Of a stretch of DNA of 64,000 nt, positions 26,434-38,529 are shown in pieces. Source of the DNA: Octopus sinensis (lineage: Eukaryota). Numbering within the stretch: the first letter of the stretch is position 1; every line of letters starts with the position of its first letter. The notes under the pieces are model-generated. The model saw only the letters and a list, made by a program, of their open reading frames with translations. It searched no databases and was not told the DNA's origin. The stretch is taken from positions 70,742,001-70,806,000 of the forward strand of contig NC_043009.1 of the NCBI RefSeq assembly GCF_006345805.1, given 5' to 3'. Made by a program: the position numbers and the translations under genes.

Positions 26434-26443
26434 TATATAAAAA

Positions 26444-26480
<37 letters not shown>

Positions 26481-26557
26481 TTACATACATATATATATAT
26501 ACACACACAAACACACACACACACATATATGTATATATGTATATATATATATATATG
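26240..26557. repeat. (TA)n/(TACA)n/(CA)n compound microsatellite
   Basis: Directly visible. Confidence 0.95.
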
Positions 26558-26559
26558 AA

Positions 26560-27473
26560 AAAACAAGTCAAAAATAGAAACTGCTAAGATAATTTTATAG
26601 TGAATCTTTCAGTACCGGTTTCGGTCATTTTGAGACCTTTTCAACTGTAACGATTAAATAATTAAATTTAGAAAAATTAGAAGAAAAGTTTTTTTAAAAG
26701 AATATTTCTGTAGTAGTGTTCAGATATAAGTAGCATTCTGCCTTTCTCTGACTCCCTTGTTTGCACTTGTGTGTTCGAGGTCGTTTTGAGTTCTTGGTAG
26801 GATAGGTGAAGAATAAGGAGGCTGATGTGGAGAGGGGGTGGGGAAATCTGGGAATGCCTTAATGGTCGTATTTTGAATGGTCAGTGGCTGACAGTAGTCG
26901 CAGTTCAATTCAGGAATTGTTTATGGAATTTGCGTAGGCGTTATACTGAAAGACATTAGTGAGAAGGTTAAGGGGTGGAAGGTGGAGAAGTAGAAGAAGA
27001 AGAAGATGACGATGTTGATGATGATAATGATGATGAGGAAGAAGAAGAAGAAAAAAACAGAGAAGGGAGAATATGAATGGGTGTAAGTATAGCTGTGATG
27101 AGGCTGATTAGTAATGGATTCTATGGAGTGTAATATTTGTGTGTGTATATATTTCTTTTATTCTAAAGTTGAGGTATATTGATTGTTTGTCGTAGACCCG
27201 TTAAGAAGTGGCTTGTATTTTGTAATAAAGAGATTTTCTTTACTTATTCGTTGTCTCGAGGTTGTATCGTCCCTAAATTGGTAGAGGGGGAAAATTCTGA
27301 AGTTTGGTGTTTTTTGTTGGCGCAAGTATCTATGTGTTGGCTAAAAGCTATTTTTCTGTTTTGGGGAATTTTTATCTGGGATCTGTGCAGGGCCATTCGT
27401 TTACGCAAACCATTTTTTGTTTGGCCTATGTACTGCTCTTGACACCCGGAGCAGGTTAGTGAGTATATTAGGT
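26560..27473 (-). mobile_element. Penelope-like element 3' relic: GIY-YIG endonuclease end plus 3' pseudo-LTR
   Basis: Minus 27473-27150: NLIYSLTCSGCQEQYIGQTKNGLRKRMALHRSQI, then after one frameshift FRIFPLYQF..KENLFITKYKPLLN. Downstream pLTR holds a hammerhead motif and ends in (TA)n. Confidence 0.85.
26608..26650 (-). ncRNA. Minimal type I hammerhead ribozyme motif (U3-A8 core variant, GUA site)
   Basis: Minus: ttacag TTGAAAA ggtc-tcaaaat-gacc GAAA CCGGTA ctgaaa; helix III palindrome ACCGGT; one A.A mismatch in helix I. Confidence 0.7.
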
Positions 27474-27558
27474 TATATATATATATATATATATATATAA
27501 TAGAAATATTAAAATTACTAAGTCTCTATAAAAGAGATTACGACAGCGTTTACTGGAA

Positions 27559-27827
27559 ATTAATTGTTATCGCCATATTAATATGGCATTCTTATAATAT
27601 AAGAATAATCGCTGCCGCTGGTCAGCTCCATGAGGCCACCGCCTTAAGATAGCTATTGATACACGATCTGTATCCATTATAACCTTCGAACAAGGGAGGT
27701 CAGCCGCTTCACACTGCCAGTCCTGACAGCTACAGACGCGTTTCGGGGTATTGCCCCTTGTCAATGTAGCGCAGCGATTATTCTTATATTATAAGAATGC
27801 CATATTAATATGGCGATAACAATTAAT
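27559..27827. repeat. 269-bp unit bounded by a perfect 57-bp inverted repeat, containing a hammerhead
   Basis: 27559-27615 is the exact reverse complement of 27771-27827; (TA)n immediately to the right and about 60 nt to the left. Confidence 0.92.
27729..27770 (-). ncRNA. Minimal type I hammerhead ribozyme motif (U3-A8 core variant, GUC site)
   Basis: Minus: gctaca TTGACAA gggg-caata-cccc GAAA CGCGTC tgtagc; perfect 6-bp helix I, 4-bp helix II, palindromic ACGCGT helix III. Confidence 0.82.
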
Positions 27828-27828
27828 A

Positions 27829-27864
<36 letters not shown>

Positions 27865-28128
27865 CATACATATTGATGTTTATACACCTGTATTTGTCGT
27901 TTCTTTTTCTGTAAATTTCAACTATACACATTTCTTCTCCCTCTCTTTAATTCCTTTGCCCCTTTTTCTCTCTCTCTTCTCTTCTAACGTGACCGCTGGC
28001 TATAGCCTTTCCGCTTCTGACCAGCGCCACGACAACAACGCACTCTTCGTCAGCCGTAAGGCATTATTTTTCAAATACGCCAGCTAATTTCAACAGTCTA
28101 AAGTCGAAACACGCCTGTTGTTTTGTCC

Positions 28129-28177
<49 letters not shown>

Positions 28178-28724
28178 GTTTTTGTATTTATATTCGTATT
28201 ATTATTTTTTGTTTTTTTTGTATTTATATTCGTGTAACATCGTCCGTTTTTCTGTTCTTGATTCGTATACATTCGATCCTTTTTCCAAGAAATCTAATGC
28301 TCGTAGGTTAGTTTTTCCTTGGGGTTGGCCAGATCGGACCAATCTCAAGATTAATCAGCCGAAATTGCGAGGATGATCCGGTTCTTAACTGGAGATTAGA
28401 GGCTTCGAATGACCCGTCCGTTTTTTGTATCTTCTATTTGAATGTTTTACGTTCTTGTCCCATTTTGTATGTTTAGATAGATAGATTGATAGATAGATAG
28501 ATGCATACATACATACATACATACTTACATACACACACATGCATACATACATACATACATACATACATACATACATACATACATACATGCATATATATAT
28601 ATATATATGTATATATATGCATACATACATACGTACATACATGCATGCATATATATATATATGTATATATATGCATACATACATACGTACATACATACAT
28701 ACACAGATACATATATACATGCAT

Positions 28725-30672
28725 ATTAGAGACTGTGAGAATAAAATCAGTCTCTCCCTTGAAAAAGAAATGGTAAAAATAGAAGTCAAGGCGGTGGAAA
28801 ACAGAAAAAGAAACCCTAAAGCATTGTACAAGTTCGCAAAAGGGTCTGCCTCAGTGCAATACAGGATAGGGCCACTGTTTGATTAAAAGGGCTCACAGGC
28901 TGCTGACCCAAAGACTATAAGTGAAGCACTCAGGAAACAATTCCAAATTGTTTTCACCTCCCCTCTAGAGAAAAAGCGACCTTCAATTACATTGACCTTA
29001 CACACGAGCATGTATTGTCGGCCATTGACGAAATAAATACAAACTCTGCAACAGGCCCCGATGGACTCGCAGCAATTCTGTTAAAAACATGCAAGAAAGC
29101 TCTTGCAGAACCACTGCAAATACTTTTCCATAGTTCCCTTCAATACGGTACATTTTCTCAAACGCTAAAAAAAAAAAATAATAAAATGCCCTGTCCACAA
29201 AGGAGGAAGCAGAGCAGATGCAGTAAATTAGAGACCCATCAATCTGACCTCACATGTCAACAAGATCATGGAACGCATTGTCAGAAAAAGACTGACCACG
29301 TTCCTGGAGGAAAATGACTTGCTTACTGACTCGCAGCATGGTTTCCGTCCTGGAAGGAGCTGCCTAACACAGCTGCTACAGTCCTTCGACTGGGTACCAA
29401 AACAACAGCTGAACCATTTAGATGTGGATGTGATATTGCTCGACTTTGCCAAGGCGTTTAACAAAGTCGATCATGGGATGGTATATCACAAACTGCTTGA
29501 CCTCTGTATCACTGGTAGACTGGGAGAGTGGCTGCATGATTTCCTAAGGAGCAGAAGTCAGACTATCACAGCAAATGTTGCTCTATCTGATGTGACACTG
29601 ATCCTCAGTGGAGTCCCTCAAGGAACAGTGCTGGGTCCCCGATTGTTCGTGGTTGCTCCCTCGGACATGCCCTCAGCCATAGAGTCAGCCACATTCACCA
29701 GCTACGCCGATGATACAAAAGTATCTCAGGCGGTCAGGGATCCTATTAACATCCTAAGACTGCAGAATGACCTGGGCGCAATATATAAATGGGCTGATGA
29801 GAATAATATGCAGTTCAATGCCACAAAATTTCAAGCACTCCACTATCAGCCCACAAACAAACTACAGCTGAAGTACACGGGATCGGCAGGCAATGTAATC
29901 CCAGAGTTAGGGTCGGTGCGTGACCTGGGAATCCACATGTGCCATGACGCAATCTTCCATGTGCACATTGCCCAGATGGCATCACTATGCAGGCGGGTGG
30001 CAGGCTGGATCTTTAGTTCCTTCAGGATCAGGAACAGAGATTCAGTGCTTCTGCTTTGAAAAACCTTTGTTCTCGGTCGTCTGGACTACTGCTCCCAATT
30101 GTGGCCCCCACATAGTGTAGAACTAATTACGGAACTAGAAGCCACTACGCAAAGAAGATAGACTCAGAAAAACACATAGGCTAATGGGAGAGGGTGAGAG
30201 AAGTGGGACTCTACTACCAGGAGTGGAGACAAGAGAGATATACAATGCTATATATATGGAAAATAATGGAGGGTCTTGCTCCAAATTTTGGAATCGAAAC
30301 CTACAACAATTCCCTAACTAGACGGCACTGCACGGTACCAAACATTCCATATTCTCCATCGAGGATACGAACCCGACATTGTAATATCTTGGGATTCAAG
30401 GGACCACAAATTTTTAATGCCCTACCACAGAACATCAGGGATCTGCAAGGTGTAGACATGGAAGTCTTCAAAAAACGTCTAGACAGCCATTTATCTGCGA
30501 TTCCAGACGAATCCACATCACGTCAAGAGGCACAAAGAAGAGCGGCATCGTCTAACACCTTCCTTCACCTGAAGCAATATTGGCAAAATTCCCGGATGCA
30601 GTAAAGGCGGTGCTCCAGCATGGCCTCAGCCTCTGCCTGGGACCCATGAAAGATAAAAGATTAAAAAAAAGA
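28725..30672 (+). mobile_element. CR1-group (Jockey-group) LINE, 5'-truncated, RT plus C-terminus and 3' UTR
   Basis: NPKALYKFAK, SATGPDG, QHGFRPGRSCLTQLL, LDFAKAFNKVDH, GVPQGTVLGP, YADDTK, RERY..IWKI, GPQIFNALP; stop at 30602-30604; tail ggcggtgctccagcatggcc...aaaagattaaaa. Confidence 0.92.
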
Positions 30673-30872
30673 TATATATATGTATGTATGCATGTATCTA
30701 CCTATCTATATATATATATATATATATACATACATATATATATATATATATATAGATAGATAGATACCGGAGTAAGCACATAAATGTGTGAAACAAGGTG
30801 GAAAAAAGAGTACTCAAATACCAGAGGTAGAGTAATATGCTTTATTTAAAAGCAGCAGAAATGTAACAAAAG

Positions 30873-30910
30873 CTGTTACTCGGAGTTTCACGTTCCCGTT
30901 CGTCGGACAG
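30873..30910 (-). ncRNA. Minimal hammerhead motif (CCGACGA core, GUA site)
   Basis: Minus: ctgt CCGACGA acg-ggaa-cgt GAAA CTC-C-GAGTA acag; GNRA-capped helix II, quasi-palindromic helix III. Confidence 0.65.
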
Positions 30911-30915
30911 TTTTG

Positions 30916-30953
30916 TTGTCCTACGAACGGGAACGTGAAACTCCGAGTAACAG
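30916..30953 (+). ncRNA. Mirror hammerhead copy with G5-to-U core mutation (probably inactive)
   Basis: Plus: ttgt CCTACGA acg-ggaa-cgt GAAACTCCGAGTA acag. Confidence 0.45.
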
Positions 30954-31013
30954 CTTTTGTTACATTTCTGCTGTTTAAATAAAGTATATATATATATATA
31001 GACATACATATAA

Positions 31014-31074
<61 letters not shown>

Positions 31075-32638
31075 CTGCTCCTCTATCACCGTAGCACTTT
31101 ACCTTCCACTCATATCCAGCCTCTCCTTGACTCTTCCCCCCTCTCTCTCTCTCTCTCCCATTACGACTCGGAACACTCCGAGTTCGCTTTCACTCTCTTT
31201 TTATTCTTAGTCTCTGACATTTTAAAAGAAAAATCATTACCAAGGCTAGAACCCCCATTTACCATTATCGGCTCTTCACCTTCGTAAAAGTAAAAGAATT
31301 ATACGGATGCCGACACGCCGCTCTTTCATTGTTATCAGTCAACAATGTTAAATATTAATTTACCCGGCCACAGGTGTAACGAATCACTAAATAGATGAGG
31401 TTATATTTTATTGTCATATTATTGGAGGCTCTCTTTTTCTTACGGAAACTTCCGTAGACAATATTCATCTTGTCTTGAGTAACTGTAGGCCTAACGCTTA
31501 AAAGTTAAGTGCTAAATTTTCAGGTTAATAGAAACTTTCTCAGAAGAATTTCATGAAAGGTAATAATAATAATAATAAAAAAAAAGAGAAATAAAACTGC
31601 TTCTGTTCAAACAAGGAAAATAACGACAAAAACTGGTACGGCTTAGGAATTCTGCAATCTTCAGGCAATTCTTGACAAAAAGACTCGACGCCTTCGAAAG
31701 AAACATACAAATAGTCAGTAGTACCATATTGTATAGCAATGAGAGAGAGAGAGGGAGAGAGAGAGAGAGAGAAGAACCGAAAAGTTAAGAAATAAAGAGA
31801 AAGAGAGAGGGTTAAGAGAGACAAGAAGATAAAATGCGAGTGATCTGAGTGAGAAATAAAGAAATTATACTGTACCAGGTAAAATTATACTGTACCCGGC
31901 TAAGTGTTGCACTAAATTTACTAAGATCTTTCTCATTAAAGATTAATAGAAACAGTTGCATACTTGGAATAGATTGAATCGATTATATTGAACTTTTACC
32001 AATTTACAGTCATATATTATATAAAATACATCCTTTGTATGTGTGTGGGTGTGTGTGTTCAGTGAATACATAAGATAATCGCCAAACACTTCTTAATATC
32101 ACGTCACATTTCATACCTTTAATTTATATTACATGACACTGACTCGTGTTCCTTTTCCACTCCATCGCATCACACTACACCGCCATACAATAATAGCATA
32201 AGATTAGCTCACACTACACTGATAAACTATTACACACCTTTATACCCTACCTCACAACTATTTATACCATATCACCTGCATATGTCGTGTTAAACAAGAC
32301 TCCGATATCATAATTATGCCACACTAAATTTCTATACGTTACACGTTATATCATACTGCACTGATGTACAACATAATTACACAACATAACAGGATACGAC
32401 GGTGCTCTTGCATAAACATAAATCATGTGACATCACAAGGCATTTATTACACTATATTACACCAATGCCACACGGCTATCTTTCGTACACAGCGTCGTAC
32501 TATTACTCCAAGAAGACATTACATCATGCTACACCTCCATACTATTACGCAATATTCCACCACTGTACATTGCTATACACGACTAAAAATGAGGTCATCA
32601 CTATTTATTCTCTTCATCGTGCTGAAAGTAGCCGCAAA

Positions 32639-32685
<47 letters not shown>

Positions 32686-34224
32686 ATATCATACTGAGCA
32701 GTCTAAAATATTCCAAATAGCATTTTGGATAATGTACAGACACTGATGGAATGCTTTAGCTGGTAATCTTGCTGCATCAAGAAACTGGAATAAAACATCC
32801 CTAACTCTTACACAACACTAAACCATTTTACAGGTTGGCACAATTAAAATCTGCTGCACTTGATCACACCAAAATCACTGCCAGGTGACATTCCTACGAA
32901 GATTTGGCTGCCAATTCCAACAGATCGACTTTACCACATTGCGCCTACTGACTTGGATTGTGCTGTTGATGTACTTTAGCCATAGACCAAAAACAACCAA
33001 CGTTTCCAACCGTGTCAATCCCTTATTTTGCAAGGAATAATATATCTTGGACTACATTATCAAATGTTTTCCTCCCTATTTTATATAAGCGATAGATGTA
33101 ATTATTGGATTTTAAGGGTTATCTCCAACAGCGCAACCCCTTCTGCACAGATTACCATGTTTTGTAATGTACTGGAGTTTACAGACCAATGCCTACTCTC
33201 GCCAATAAATGCTCTTCGGTATTTTTACATGGACTCCATATTTATGTATCATATCTCTTGCTAGACATTCACTTTGTGAAAATGCTGCTGTCAAGACCCT
33301 AATACAACACGTGCACATAACTTTAACTCACTAACGATGAACAGCCATCTCAATGCATACACTCCAGTTTGTATCGAAACGCAAATGGTCGAATGGTGGT
33401 CGACAAACGTCCCCAATTCGCCAGCAAGAATCTGTTTTACTATCAAATTGTATCCTTTCATTCCTACACTTTGCACATACAATTCTCAATGCAAAAAAAA
33501 ATGTATTTCTAATGCAAAACCAAGGGATTCCATTAATATAACCATCCAATGGAATTTCCAGAATCCACCCAATGCATATAATGCATAATGGCCCCACAAA
33601 CACAATATTTCATTGTAGAAGTTGTGATTTGAAAAGCTGGTATGATTATATGCGTCAGTATTTGTGCAAATAAAGAAGAAAGTACACACTAACCTGCACA
33701 AGCACACTCCAAATTGACATTTACCCCACCCCTACACGCACACACACACACACACACTCTCTACACGTATTCGTGCATGAAGGTAAACACTATATATATA
33801 TATACATATCACTCCTCGACATTATATTCCACATATTTTCTTCAGAAGTTAACCATATCATGAAACCACATGTGTTGGCTGGATAATCCAACGGGTATCA
33901 TCACTGGCTGAAAATTACAGATAACAATATGCATAGGTACACAAGGAAACATATTTCCATATTCGCACATGCGTCACGCATGCTTGCACGCACATATGAA
34001 CAGTGAACAAACGTGTCCCCTTGTAGCATAATACAAGCATTTTATTCATCACCTAATCGCTGCCATATCTGAATTTAAATATTCTGGCATAATGCTTCAG
34101 GAACGCTTCAAAATGATGTATTCATTTCAGAATTGATCTCTAAGGAGGGAAAAAAAGTACCCGTTCCATTCAAATTGATGTCCGTCACAACTTAGGACTT
34201 TACAATGACAATAATTATTTCCCC

Positions 34225-34233
34225 TATTATATA

Positions 34234-34273
<40 letters not shown>

Positions 34274-34392
34274 CATGTATTATATTATATATAATATATA
34301 ATCGATACACACTATGTATATATATATATATAATATATATATATATAACACATATGTATATATATATATATATATAATATATATATATACAC

Positions 34393-34431
<39 letters not shown>

Positions 34432-34560
34432 TATATATATATACACATATGTATATATATATTATATATATATATATTACAATATGTATATATATATATA
34501 TATATCTATATATATATACACATATGTATATTATATATATATATTATATATATAATACAC

Positions 34561-34602
<42 letters not shown>

Positions 34603-34787
34603 GTATATATATATATATATACACATATGTTACACATATATATATATATATATATATCACATATGTATACATATATATATATATATATATATACACATAT
34701 GTATATATATATATATAATATATATATATATATATAATATATATACACACATATGTATATATATATATATATATACACGTATGTATA

Positions 34788-34828
<41 letters not shown>

Positions 34829-34868
34829 CGCACATATGTCTATATATATATATATATATATTATACAC

Positions 34869-34953
<85 letters not shown>

Positions 34954-34955
34954 CA
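34225..34955. repeat. About 730 bp (TA)n array punctuated by acacatatgt units
   Basis: Recurrent acacatatgt anchors separated by variable (TA)n. Confidence 0.92.
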
Positions 34956-36752
34956 CCATATAAACAAACAACAAATGATAAGGGATTAGTAATCCAGCGA
35001 AACGATTAAGCTCTGTACAGATAAAAATACACTGAGCTAGCAGAAAATGTTGTGATCGGTATTGTATTCGATGTAATCCGAAATCAACATCCATCTCCAG
35101 TCAAATTTGTAAATCCATGGTTCCAATACCCATGAGAGATGCTATGCTTTTATAGAGTAATATGTAAAATAGGCAAGAATAATGGGTTATATACTTTCAT
35201 TTATTTATTATAGCCTTACAACACTTTCAGATATGCGTTTCACTACGTTCATGGTTCATTCTTACCAACGGATCTATTTGGCTGTTGGTGGGATCGAGCT
35301 CGAAAAACGATAGCTTGGGGCGACTGATTTCCTATATTCTCAGTCGAATCAATGATATGACTGAACCATGAACGCACCCAAACGTGTATATGAAACAAGT
35401 GTAAGCCTATAATAAATAAATGGATATAAGACATTATTTCCGTCGTATATATATACATGTGTATATGTGTGTGTATGCGTGTTGTGTGTGTGTGTGTGTG
35501 TGTAGTGATGTGCATTCAAAGAATCATCCGGCTATCACAGGAGGTTGCTCTTACGGACTCATCTATCGATCCACATAGTTCAGTTCGTGTGATGAACTAG
35601 CTTACATTATTTGAATTAATTTCTGAATAAACTGCCGTATTGTGTAATGCCCAGAACATATATTAATGCATCATTTCACCCATACTGAAATTCGTATGAG
35701 GAAGGTTGAGAAACAGCAATCGAAGTCACGTGATAATATTCAGGGTGTCCCAAATTTAATAAATTCTTTAAAATTTCACAAGAAACTGAGTTTATTCATA
35801 CTGTTAGTATCGAAAATGGAGTCATTGTAGTTTTACTTGTAAGACTTACCGTCAGGTTCCACCGCCTTCAGGACTAACTGTACACCTCCACACGAGCGAC
35901 TCCACTTTCAACAACCTTCAGCCACCTTCGGACGCAGGCATCTCCGTACCTGGAGATATTGCGCTGATACTGATACTCAATATTCGCCTTTATCCTCAGA
36001 TTCTATATATGTTAGCTTCTCTCTCTTCCTCTTTCTCCCTCTCTCCCTTTCTCCGTCACCCTCTCTCTCTCTCCTTTCTTTCTGTCTCTATTTTACATGT
36101 TCTCTTTTACCATGTTCTCTGGTATTCGGACCAGATATCCTGTAGTAAGATTATCTTTTACCTATTCTCTATCGATCGCTGATTTCACAGGTACTGATGT
36201 CACCTGTATGAACAAATGATGAAAAGGTGTCGCGCGTAAGAGTTGTCGGGAGTCGCTATGTGAACATTTTTCTTAATATTCTTACAAATGATTTCAGAAA
36301 GTCGTATGATTTTACTTATTTATTTACGCATTGTTACTTACTTTCATAAAGTGTATCTACAGATGGAGGTTATAACTAAATTTCTTAGAGCAAATCTTAT
36401 GAATTCGTTCCAGGTGGTCCGCACGAACAAAAAGAAAGAAGAAAATTTAATGTTCTCACTAACACCCTTACCACATAAATCCTGTGTACAAATTCATGAA
36501 ATCCGTCGGTCTAAGAGCGCTTTAAATAGGGCGAAGCTGAGTATCAATTGACAGCCAACTGGCTGTACTGTGTCAGGGAGGGGGAATGTAAATCGGGAAC
36601 GGCAGAGAGAGAGAGGGAAAAAATAAACATTTTTATTTTCTGTGTCAGATGCAGAATTTGCGCACTCATACGTTTTCGTTCAGATCAAATGACTTGGCCT
36701 GAAATGTTTCTGCAACAGTTGGTATTTCATTCCATAGATTGTGTGTGTGTGT

Positions 36753-36797
<45 letters not shown>

Positions 36798-37085
36798 TGT
36801 GTTTGTGTGTGTGTGTACGCACTTGCAGATACACATACACACTCACACACGCACACACACACACACACACACATATATGTATATACATGTATGTTGCTAA
36901 TGATTTGCAACTTTCGATGAAATCACATAACGCAACACTTCCATTCGCCGAGGATGATGAAATATTCGTCTGTCAATAGAATCTGTGCATTTAATAGCGC
37001 CAAATGTCTAAACGAGAAGATTTCTCAGAACGATTAACGCAGTCTGCGATGTTCAGAACAACACATCCAAGTCGGATGTGCTAAT

Positions 37086-37175
<90 letters not shown>

Positions 37176-37180
37176 TCTGA

Positions 37181-37411
37181 AGGCGGCGAGCTGGCAGAAC
37201 CGTTAGCACGCCGGGCGAAATGCGTAGCCGTATTTCGTCTACCGTTACATTTCGAGTTCAAATTCCGCCGAGGTCGACTTTGCCTTTCATCCTTTCGGGG
37301 TCGATAAATTAAGTACCAGTTACGCACTGGGGTCGATATAATCGACTTAAATTCGTTTGTCTGTTCTTGTTTGTCTCCTCTATGTTTAGCCCCTTGTGGG
37401 TAGTAAAGAAA
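37181..37411 (+). mobile_element. tRNA-derived SINE, family A, well preserved
   Basis: aggcggcgagctggcagaaccg (A-box), gagttcaaattcc (B-box), core ctttgcctttcatcctttcggggtcgataaattaagtaccag. Confidence 0.9.
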
Positions 37412-37529
37412 CATATATATATATATATATACATACACAGATGTACAGGTGTGTGTGTGTATGCATGCATGTTTTTATACAAGTATTCACATAGGTGAAA
37501 ACAATATGGAGAAACACTTCCGGAACTCC

Positions 37530-37647
37530 TACTCGGTGTTTCCTGTGAGCGTTCGTCAGACATTTGTGATAGAACACAATAATAATAGAAATTCTGTTTT
37601 ATCACAACTGTCTGACGAACGGTCATGTGAAGCTGTGAGCAACAGTT
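37530..37647. repeat. Diverged inverted pair of hammerhead-like motifs, same family as 30840-30984
   Basis: Arms 37551-37576 and 37595-37620 (26 bp, 2 mismatches), each with CTGACGA. Plus copy: aactgt CTGACGA acg-gtca-tgt GAAG CTGTGAGCA acagtt. Confidence 0.7.
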
Positions 37648-37779
37648 TGTGAAGTTTTGTCGGTTTTAATAAGCCAGTACACCCCACTCACACACACACA
37701 CACACTTGAAAGACAATATTTCAGAAGATGACTCAATATGTGTGTCACGTAGAGTGGATGTTAATTACTAGCACATGTG

Positions 37780-37821
<42 letters not shown>

Positions 37822-38022
37822 TGTGTATCTTTATATATTTATAGGCATCCATTCTTATATATGTGTATGAGCGCGCGTGTGTTGATGTGTATGCGTGTGT
37901 TATTGCAATCTTTCACACCGCGTTACAATATTCATAACGACTGTCATTTAAAGACACAACTCTACAGACTTTCGTTATGACTGCTTTATTTCTTTGTTTT
38001 AAATTCATTCTGTGAGATCGGT

Positions 38023-38145
38023 GCAGCCATGGCTGTATGTAAGCAAGTTGGCTGCCAACCACGTAGTTTTGGTTTCAGTCCCTCTGCGTGGTACCCTCGA
38101 TAAGTGTCTTCTATAAGTCTGAACCGACCAAAGCCTTGTGAGTTT
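38023..38145 (+). mobile_element. SINE family B head and CORE-like region, diverged
   Basis: atggctgtatgtaagc...ttcagtccctctgcgtggtacc...aagtgtcttcta...ccgaccaaagccttgtgag. Confidence 0.7.
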
Positions 38146-38185
38146 TTTTAATAGTAAAAAAATTTGGAAGCAACAAATAGTGTGT

Positions 38186-38233
<48 letters not shown>

Positions 38234-38529
38234 CGTGTGTGTGTGTGTGTGACTGTGTTTGCACCCATTACCGTATGACAATGATACTTTCCAATTATGA
38301 TTCGATTTTATAATTTAGTTTATATGTTAGAGGAGAAAAATGTTAAAGGACAGAAACATAGGAAAAGATAAAGTAATTTGTTTTCATAAAACCAGCCATT
38401 CCCAAATCCTTTCAAATCACACCAAAGCACCCGGTACTCTTCTTAGTTTCTCGTAAATGTAGTGAAATATGTTCAATAATTTCATAAATTTTGAAAGGCA
38501 GTTGATGATGCCGACGTCATTGTTTCGTT

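Larger units (their letters stand above)
30840..30984. repeat. Fold-back inverted repeat (51-bp perfect stem, 7-nt loop) of a Penelope-like terminus
   Basis: 30853-30903 is the exact reverse complement of 30923-30973; extended by ggaca/tgtcc inside and ctttatttaaa/tttaaataaag outside. Confidence 0.95.

Noticed and set aside
28030-28115. Hammerhead-like pieces (ctgacgaagag on minus; caacag..gtcgaaacacgcctgttg on plus)
   Set aside because: Each lacks half of the catalytic core; at best decayed remnants.
28320-28440. ctggaga..cgaatgacccgtc hammerhead-like spacing
   Set aside because: Several core mismatches and no convincing helices.
35741-35900. cagggtgtccc Tc1/mariner-like terminus
   Set aside because: No TA target, no partner TIR and no transposase nearby.
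37181-37275. tRNA gene candidates at A/B-box motifs
   Set aside because: They continue into SINE cores and tails and do not fold into full cloverleaves.
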